64,000 nucleotides of DNA from Thecamonas trahens ATCC 50062 (taxonomy: Eukaryota; Protista; Apusomonadida). Location: NCBI RefSeq assembly GCF_000142905.1, contig NW_013657648.1, positions 134,289 through 198,288 of the forward strand, read 5' to 3'. A model generated the notes under the pieces. That model was not told the origin of the DNA and made no database searches. It saw only the letters and a program-made list of their open reading frames with translations. How positions within the stretch are numbered: position 1 is the stretch's first letter; the number at the start of each line of letters is the position of its first letter. This document shows positions 55,760-64,000 of this stretch, in pieces. The translations under genes were made by a program, and so were the position numbers.

Positions 55760-58700
55760 ATCAGGCTCAGCCTGAGCCAACTCCTGAAGACGACTCGGTT
55801 GGTGCCGACGCAGCAGCTGAGATTGTGCCGAGCGCCTCGGCTTTGAGTGCAAGTTCTAGCTCGAGCGCCGACGCCGTTGACCTCTACTACACGGACGATC
55901 CCGCAGCCAAGACCCGCGATCTAACAACATCAGATATGGTGTCTGCAGAGAGCTCCGGCAGAGGAGCAGGATCAAGCGAAGCCACAGGATCGGATGCCCA
56001 CAGCGACGGCGCGGACTCTGACCGCAACTCCTCCCAGCAGCCGTCGCCTGTGGCCAAGAGCCGGAAACGTGCGTCGCGGCCGCCGCGCCGGAAGCCACGC
56101 CAGAATCGACCGGCACCGACACCCAAACGACGTGGAGTGGCGCGGCGGCGGGCACGGGTGGGTGGCGGTGCGGCGCGGCCACGGCCGCAATCAGCTGCAG
56201 CCAAACCAGAGCGAGAGGCGTCGAGAGGGCGGACCCGGCCCGTGACTGCGCCTGTGCGGCGGCGGCGTCCACGCAACAAGCCGCATCCTGCGCCGCTGCG
56301 CGAGCGACAGGAGGAGGTCAAGTCGGGTCCGACGCCTGAGGAGAAGGAGCGGTTTGCGCAAGGCCGCGAGTACATGCGCCAGCAGCGGGCCAAGCGGGCT
56401 GCAGAGCTGCGACGCCAGCGTGAGCTCGCGGAAGCCGAGGAGGCCCAGCGGGCGGCCGAGTTGGCGCGGCTGGAGGAGTTTCGGCGGAAACAGCGCGAGG
56501 AACAGGATGCTCGTCGGCGGCGCCGGGCCGCCATTGCTGCCGCGGAAGCGGCCGAGGCGCCCACGCCTGCGCCCGCTCGCCCTGCGCCCGCGCCTGCGCC
56601 CTCCCGCCCTCCGCCTGGACCCGTCCGCAAGCGGCGGCGCAAGCGCCGGCCGGCAGCAGCACCGGTGGCGACGACATCCGGCGCGCGCAAGGTCAGGATC
56701 CGCCGCAAGCGGCTCCATCAGACGCTCAAGTCTGCGCCACGTCCTAAAGCGCCGTCGGTGGGTGCCGAGCCTGCAAGTGGAGTCCCGGATCCCGAGGCGC
56801 GCATGCTTGCGCTCCGCGAGTCTGCAGTCCGGCTGCGATCGCGACTAGCACAGCTGTCGCAGGCTGATCTTGACGCACTGCCGCAGCCCCTTGCAGAGAC
56901 ACTCTCGTCACTGCACCTGCAGGATGTGATGGCGCGACTGTTCGCGCCGGACGAGTCTACGGGAGAGAGCCAAAGCAAGGCTTCACTACCGGGCGCACCG
57001 CGGTCACCATCGCGTGCGATGGCGGGCTCAGAAGCGCGGGCGCTGACTCCTGTAACGTTTGACGCCGACGTACCGGAGCGCCTTGGTGTGGGCGAGCTGA
57101 AAGCTGCTGGCGCGGCACGAATGGACGTGCGGTCGCCTGTCGCGTCGCCGCGCTCGCGGGCAGGCCGTCCGCCGTTGACGTTGGCAAGCGACTCTGGCTC
57201 TGACGACGAGCCGTCGATCTCGTTCTGGCCGGGCGCGGCGAGCGCCGGGCATGATGTGCCGCTGATGCGGTCGCCCAGCCTGTCGCCGCCGCGGTCGCCG
57301 GTGGCGATTCAAGCGGAATTGGGCTCGCCGCTGGAGTTCTGCGGACGGTCGCCGTCGCCGGACCCGCATTCGATTGTCAATCTTCTCAGCCGGGACATGC
57401 TGTCCAAGCTCAACTCTGAAGTTGCGCTTGCGCGGTCGCCGTCGGTGCCGCTGCCGGCTCCTGCAGCCGCAGAGCCAGATCCTGTTGCTGTTCGGCTTTA
57501 CGTCGACGACTTTGAGCCGGTCTCAGACGACGGAGATGACATTGGTGACGGTAGCAACAAGGCCGGCGCCAAGAGAGCAGAATCGGGCTCATACTCGTGC
57601 GCTGCGTCGAGCGTCCCCGAGCCTGTTGAGAGTGAGACGGCCTCGAGCTCGGCTTCAAACTCGAGCTCGAGTTCGTCGCAGTCGGACGCGTGCGACGACG
57701 AGTCGAGCTTGTCGTCGGCACTGGCGCCGCCAACACCGCCGCGGAGCGGCCGGATTATGGGTAGCACTACCGAACCGGAAGGCGCTGCGCGGGATGTGCG
57801 ACTCTCGCCAAACTCGCTGGCGAGGACGCTGCTTGCCGAGGTCAACCTGCTGGAGGAGACCGAGCAGGCGCGCCTTGATTTGGCGTCGTGGGAGCAGGCG
57901 CGAGCGGTGGCACTGGCACAGCAGGAAACAGTGGCGGTGGCGACGCTGCTGCAGGGCGAGCGTGAGGATGTTGCCAAGTCGGCGGTGGCCACGCGCGACC
58001 ATGGTGCGACCGCTGCCGACGCTGCGGCGGTTGCGGCTCAGGCGGCAGCGCAGGCGGTGCAGGAGATGGTGGCATTTGTGCGGGACGGCGGATTGGCGAC
58101 GACCGCAGAACCAGTGTCTGCGCCGGCTGCAATGGCACGAGCAGTGGTTGCCGCGCCTCCAGCCGGGCGTGTGTACGAAGATGACTTTGAGCCTGAGGAC
58201 GTGTCAACGGTATCATCTTCGCGTACGGGATCGTCGTACGCCGCTTCGGCGGTGACGTCAGCGAGCGCAATGACGGTGGCGTCTGCGAGCTCGCTTGCTG
58301 CCGACACCATCTCGTTTGAGTCGATTATGGATGCTGTGCGGACGCCGCCGCCGGCGGACAAGACGTTTGGAGGAACAACATCGCCGATTGCGCGTGAGAT
58401 CGACTCGACTTATGTCTCCGAGGTCGCGTCCGAGGTCGCGTCTGAAGTTGCATCCGAGGTTGCGTCCGAGGTTGCGTCTGAGATTGCAACCGACGATGAC
58501 TTTGGCCCATCACAGTCTGCGTCTGCGACGGCATCTGCGTCTGTGTCCGAGTCGACGCCAGCCATTTCAATATGCTCGGACGATTTTGTGGACCTGACAG
58601 CCGCGACTAGTGGGATGCAGGGCACGCCGCAGGCTAGCGCGTCCGATGTGGACGCTGGCGAGGTGCGCAGCATGTCAGACTTGTCCGGAACGTCGAGCAG

Positions 58701-61700
58701 CTCGGTGGCGACTGGTGGCTCGGGCTATGCCGCACGGATGATGCAGATGGCGTCGCAGACGACCGACATGCTACTGCGGCAGGAAGATGAGCGTGTCGCG
58801 ACAGAAGAGCGACTGCTGGATCTGCGGGCCGAGTCGACCGAGGAAAAGTTCCGAGTCCAGCTGGCTGAGCTCGACAGCACGAGGAGTATGAGTGATGCTG
58901 AGCGAAAGGAAGCCAAGCTGCTGGTGCTGATGGAGCTCGACACGGAGCGGGCACAGATCTCGCAGATGAGGGCAGCGCTGCATGCTGAGTCGATGCGACT
59001 GCGTGCCAATGCCAAGGCGCAGCGCCAGGAGATCGCCCGTGCGTCGGCACAGTCGCGGTCGCGCGGACAGACATCACAGGCGGTGGTGGTAGCTGAGCCA
59101 CAGGGCCCGACGTTTGCGCCTCCTGCATCGGGGAGCCGGACGAGTGAGAGCCCTGCCGCGTCCGCTGTGTCGGAGATGAGCGGCTCAGTGGCAAGCTCCG
59201 AGTCGCGAGTGTCGAGCGTCGCCGCGGCAAAGGACCGGCTGGAGAGCCTGCGGGAGGAGTTGGTGGCCAAGAAGCGGACGGCCAAGGAGATGCTGGCGGC
59301 GAAGCGGCGGCACGACGATCGGCGGCGGCTCGAGGCCGAGGAAGCCGAGCTGCGGCGGGAAATTGCTGCAGTCGAGACGCTCATGGGGCGGCTGACAAGC
59401 CAGGCGCCTGCGAGCGACGACGATGGGTACGACGACGAGTACGACGAGCCTGTCGACAACTCGGCGGTTCACACTGTTCCGAGTGCGAGCGTGAGCACGA
59501 GTGCAAGCGTGAATGTGAGTACGAGCGCGAGTGTGAGTGCAAGTGTCGGCGACCGCGAGTCGCTGGGCGAGTCTGTGGCTGGGTCTGTGGCTGGGTCTGT
59601 GGCTGGGTCTGTGGCTGATTCTGTGGCCGAGATTGAGTCGATTGCTGATGATGTCTCCGAGGCATCGTCAGATGATTCGATGATGAAGTACGCGTTTGAT
59701 GCTGCAGCTGTGGCCGTGGCGGATGCGGGGCCGGCCGCGTACGAGCCAGACTTTGAAGCTGTGGGCGACGCATCTGTGGCGAGCAGCGTGGCGGACACAG
59801 GGCCGGCCGCGTACGAGCCAGACTTTGAGTCTGTGGGCGACGCATCTGTGGCGAGCAGCGTGGCGGATGCGGGGCCGGCCGCGTACGAGCCAGACTTTGA
59901 AGCTGTGGGCGACGCATCTGTGGCGAGCAGCATGGCGGATGCAGGGCCGGCCGCGTACGAGCCAGACTTTGAGTCTGTGGGCGACGCATCTGTGGCGAGC
60001 AGCGTGGCGGATGCGGGGCCGGCCGCGTACGAGCCTGACTTTGAGTCTGTGGGCGACGCATCTGTGGCGAGCAGCGTGGCGGATGCAGGGCCGGCCGCGT
60101 ACGAGCCAGACTTTGAGTCTGTGGGCGACGCGTCGACCGAGGCCGAGTCGGAAATCGAGTCAGAGATCGCATCTTGCGTCGAGTCCGACTCTGGCAACAG
60201 CTCGAGTGAGTTTCAGAGTCGGTACGTCTTCAATGCCGGCAACGATGCCGGCAACGCACTTGCACCGCCGTCGACTCTGGTCATTGCTCCATCGGAGAGC
60301 ATCTCGCAAGCCAACGAGACTGACGCGGCAGAGTCCAGCCCTGTGGTCGACGCCGTGACACCTCGGTCCCCGCTGGACACGTCGCTCACGCTCAATCCTG
60401 CGGCGTCGCTCATGTCGCGGACGTCGACGAGCTCGCTCACCGACTACCGCATGGGATCGTCCGACTTTGAAGCCAACACGCCCCCGGGACATGCCTTGTT
60501 TGCGGATCGGATCGCTATTCCACTCTCGCCCACCCACACCGCCACGATTCCTGACGGCGCCGCGGCTGACGTTGCCGAGACTGGCTCCGACGATGGCGCC
60601 GTCGACGGCGTTGTCGACGGCGTCGTTCCTATCGAGATTGCAGGCGCTGTTGAGGCGGAGAAGGCTGAGGCTGCAGCTCATCTTTCATCACCAACATCCG
60701 CCGCCGCTACCGACACTGTGGACGAGTCGGACGACCTGGTGTCGTCCAGGTACTCGTCATCGGTGCCCGTGGTCGTCAAGAAGCTCGGCGATGAGAGCTC
60801 GTCGTCCCAGTCGAACTCGTCGAGCTCGTCGTCAGGACGGCTGGGCCATGGGCTCCAAATTGACACATTATGCGTTGACCGCGCCGATGATGACATCGAA
60901 TCACTCTCGCCGGGCTCGCCAGTCTCGCCGATGAGGACCTCACCGCTTGAGCGAATGGGCTCGTCGGCCGAGCTGGGAGCCAACTCCTACTCGGACGAGA
61001 CGTCGTCACCACCTTCGTCACTTCCGTCGTCGCCGGCTTCGTCGCCGAACTCGGCACAGCTCGCAGCGCTGCCGCTGACAGCCACCGATGCCGACGGCGA
61101 CTTTGTCGGCGGTGGGCTGCGGAGTGAGTCGCCGCCGATCTCGATGCCGATGGTCTCAACGCCTGTGCCGGTAGAGGCTGCGGTTGATTCGGTCTTTGAC
61201 GCGCTGCTCTCGTCGACCATCGACGCTGCGCTTGCAGCGCGGGCAGCGAAGCAGCAAAGCAGGGCGCAGGTGCTCCGGCACCGGTCGCCTGGCACGTCGC
61301 CGGCGTCGCCCTCGCCATCGCCGTCGTCTCCGTCGGCGTCGCCCTCGCCGGCGTCGCCCTCGCCGTCGTCTCCGTCGTCGCCGTCGACGTCGTCGGCCTC
61401 ACAATCGCCATCCTCGCCAAAGAGTGATGACTTTCTGGCCCTGCTCCGGCCCGACATCCCGCGGCTCAATCTCAGTTCGCCTGGTTCCGACGCGCCGGCG
61501 CTGGCCTCAGCGCTGGCTCCCGAGCTCGGGCTGGGCATCGAAGACGACGAGCTGGACAACCTGCTTGAGTCGGAGAATGACGTTGCGGTGCGCCAGATGG
61601 AGCACTTTCTGGCCGAGACGGCTGTCGACGCGTCGGATGCGCACGACGACGCGTTGATTGCTGCGGTGACGCGGGGCGGCGGGCAGTCGCTGGTCCGCCA

Positions 61701-62184
61701 CGCAGGCACGCTCCGCATCGACCGGCACGAGCTGGAAAAGTGGCAAGTTGCGCACAGCGAGCAGCTGGCTCTGGCCAAGTCGCGGCAGGGCGTCGCCATC
61801 CAGCACCTGCACGACGCGATGGTGATGGATGTGCTCGACGAGGCGCTCGCAAGTGGACCGCCGGACTACCCCGACGGCATCCCGCCGCCGTGGCTGCGCA
61901 AGTCGGTCTCGGTTCAAGCCCGCATGGCGCCGGTCTCGGATGCCGACCGCGTCGCTGCTGCGGTCGCCCGCGTCGCCGCCTGGCGGGCGTCGCAGGCGCT
62001 CGAAGGTGAGGCCGCCGACATTGTTGACGTCCTCCTCGCCGAGCATATTGTCGAGCAGGACAAGGAGTGGTCGAACTTTGAGGCTGATGAGGTGGCGGTC
62101 AAGGACGCGGTGGCCGATGCCATTTTCGACGACGAGCTGACGCGCATGGTAGCCGAGCTTGTGCGACTCGACTCGATGATGTAA
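54697..62184 (+). CDS. CEP350: Centrosomal protein CEP350-like (~2500 aa; start uncertain)
   Basis: LSPNSLARTLLAEVNLLEETEQARLDLASWEQARAVALAQQETVAVATLL and C-terminal EWSNFEADEVAVKDAVADAIFDDEL (DUF4378/FOP-binding) match recalled CEP350 blocks. Confidence 0.75.
59716..60135 (+). repeat. Coding tandem repeat, 72 bp x6 (ADAGPAAYEPDFESVGDASVASSV; last copy partial)
   Basis: Direct reading of DNA and protein. Confidence 0.95.
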
Positions 62185-63045
62185 ACGTATCTCCGCAAAA
62201 CGCTGCTTGCCGACTCTGGGAGTGGAGCCGAATCCAATTGCTGGAGCGGATCGGATGGAGGTGCGACCATGTTTTTCACTTTTGGCCGCATTCATTTGCG
62301 CGAGCTCATTTGCCTCTCACCACCACACTCTCATTTGTACGTTCGATCAGTGCCGTGGAGAGCGGCGTTACCAGCGATGCGCCAGCCGGGGATTGCGACG
62401 ACGTGCCACCGGGTTTGAGTCACCGCAGCCAAGCGATGTGGCTGTACAAGGCGCTTGCGTCGTCTGTACCGTGGGCCTCGGCTCGAGCATGGGTGTGCTG
62501 GCCGCCGTGTGGGTGTGCTGGGCTGGTGACCAGGGATGATTCCCTCGTTTTTGTGTGACCAGCCGGCCGCCACTCCCGCGCCATGCGCCTCTGCAAGCCC
62601 GCACGCCGCCGCGGGCCTCCTCATGCGACACTCTACACCCATACCGGTGTTCGAGGCTGTGGCTCCCTCGTCTGTGTCTGCTGCTGGCGTGCCCAGGCTC
62701 GTCTGCCTCGCGTAGCGAAGCCCATCTGTTTTTTATTTGGCCGCAGCCCGCCTCGCCCCCACCCAATCCCCCCCCTTCTCCAAGCCGCCATCCGTCCCAC
62801 GCCATGCGCACGTCGCCTTGTGCAGCACACGCGGCCGGTGGTATACGAGTTGGTACCGGTCGGCCACATGGACTGTGTGTGTGCGTGTGATGGGTGGCAG
62901 CAGGGGGGCGGTGTGGGATGGGCGACGTACCGGCGGCAGAAGGGGAGGCGGCAGGGAGAGGCTCGAGCAAGTAGATGCGGAGTACGACTCACATATTGTG
63001 TGTGTGTGTGTGCGTGTGTGTGTGACGTGTGGGCAGCTCCCAACA

Positions 63046-63708
63046 ATGGCCAAGAACGTGCTCGTGAAGGGGGTCCCCCGCCACTCCAAGTCGTCCCAGT
63101 ACCGCCGCAAGGGTCTGCAGTACATCAAGAACAAGACGACCACGCCCAAGAAGTCGATCGTCAACAAGAACGGTGGCAAGTGGTACTCGACCGTCGACAT
63201 CTCGGGCCGTAAGCTCGCCAAGAAGGGCCGCGGTACCGCCGTCCTCCGCAAGTCGATCACCAAGGGCACTGTCCTGATCCTCCTCGCCGGCCGCCACGTC
63301 GGCAAGCGCGTGATCTTCCTCAAGCAGCTCCCGTCCGGCCTGCTCCTCGTCACCGGCCCGTACCACATCAACGGTGTCCCGCTCCGCCGTGTCGACCAGG
63401 CCTACGTCATCGCCACCTCGACCAAGGTTGACCTCAAGGGTGTCAGCCTCCCCGATGACTTCTCCGAGGAGCTCGTCTGCCGCCCGAAGGCCAAGACCGT
63501 CGGCGGCAAGTCCGAGAAGGCCTTCTTTGCCACCAAGAAGAAGGGCCGCCACGCCTTCCCCAAGCCGACCGATGCCCGCATCGCTGCCTCCAAGGCCGTC
63601 GACGCCCAGGTCCTCGAGCGTGTCAACAAGGTTCCGTACCTCAAGGAGTACCTCGCCCGCGGCTTCTCGCTCGACAACGGCGACTACCCCCACCTGATGC
63701 AGTTCTGA
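63046..63708 (+). CDS. RPL6: 60S ribosomal protein L6 (eL6)
   Basis: LRKSITKGTVLILLAGRHVGKRVIFLKQLPSGLLLVTGPYHINGVPLRRVDQAYVIATST..YPHLMQF; strong codon bias. Probable 5'UTR intron acceptor gggcAG at 63036. Confidence 0.98.
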   Translation: MAKNVLVKGVPRHSKSSQYRRKGLQYIKNKTTTPKKSIVNKNGGKWYSTVDISGRKLAKKGRGTAVLRKSITKGTVLILLAGRHVGKRVIFLKQLPSGLLLVTGPYHINGVPLRRVDQAYVIATSTKVDLKGVSLPDDFSEELVCRPKAKTVGGKSEKAFFATKKKGRHAFPKPTDARIAASKAVDAQVLERVNKVPYLKEYLARGFSLDNGDYPHLMQF

Positions 63709-63870
63709 GCTCGCAAACAAAGGAAAGCACACAAGCTGAACGCCCCCTCTCCCCCTTCCCCCCCCTCGTCGACCTTTGTCATCCCCGTCACCGTCAACCC
63801 CCGTCACCCCAATCGGCCAAAAAGGTGTCGGAACTGAAGGCCACCTGGCTTTCATTCATTCTTGCGAACT

Positions 63871-63932
63871 ATGATTCTCCTGGAGCACGCCAACCGCATT
63901 GTCGAGGAGACCGTCCTCCGCCTGCTCAGCGC
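63871..63932 (+). CDS. ARPC2: Arp2/3 complex subunit 2 (p34), exon 1; the intron and the rest run off the window
   Basis: MILLEHANRIVEETVLRLLS matches the ARPC2 N-terminus (MILLEVNNRIIEETL); GTACGC donor at 63933. Not in the ORF track. Confidence 0.85.
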
Positions 63933-64000
63933 GTACGCCCCCCTCCCCGTTGACCCTACCCTTCCCTTGCACCTCCCTCCCCCCCCCCCCCCCCCCCCCT

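Noticed and set aside
59716-60135. CRISPR-like array
   Set aside because: These are contiguous in-frame 72-bp coding repeats without unique spacers, in a eukaryotic context with no cas genes.
62200-62990. Short ORFs between CEP350 and RPL6
   Set aside because: No coding bias or recognisable motif; more likely UTR, promoter and intron sequence.
25-63855. Hundreds of overlapping or antisense ORFs in the six-frame track (e.g. 8443..10047, 27209..28306, 30534..31958, 41568..42635)
   Set aside because: These are shadow ORFs expected from high GC3. They are Arg/Ser/Ala/Pro-rich, lack domains and overlap recognisable genes.

Overview
Gene-dense, GC-rich, intron-poor eukaryotic nuclear DNA from a flagellated protist. 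It resembles an apusomonad such as Thecamonas, which is inferred from style and not verified. The assembly is a draft with six N-gaps, mostly next to poly-C/poly-G or (CA)n tracts. About 23 protein-coding loci are present. Recognisable genes: CFAP54 (runs off the window), CPLANE2/RSG1, UTP11, EDC4, CPSF2, ZNF277, CEP350, RPL6 and ARPC2 exon 1. Family-level calls: an RBR E3 ligase, a TMEM185-like/RING protein, an MFS transporter, a SAM-RhoGEF-PH protein, a CH-CH/PH/LRR protein, an orphan axonemal dynein heavy-chain fragment and an ARD-like cupin. The main pattern is about 12 reading-frame breaks in 9 loci. All are repaired by adding exactly one base, and where checked no GT-AG micro-intron explains them. 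Assembly under-calls are the most likely cause, but insertional editing or -1 recoding cannot be excluded from DNA alone. Other patterns: single 5'-proximal introns with GTACGY donors and G-rich acceptors, convergent genes with almost no spacer, C-tracts upstream of starts, a lower-GC 404-bp tandem duplication and several unusual domain architectures. No rRNA, tRNA, CRISPR array or transposase was seen.
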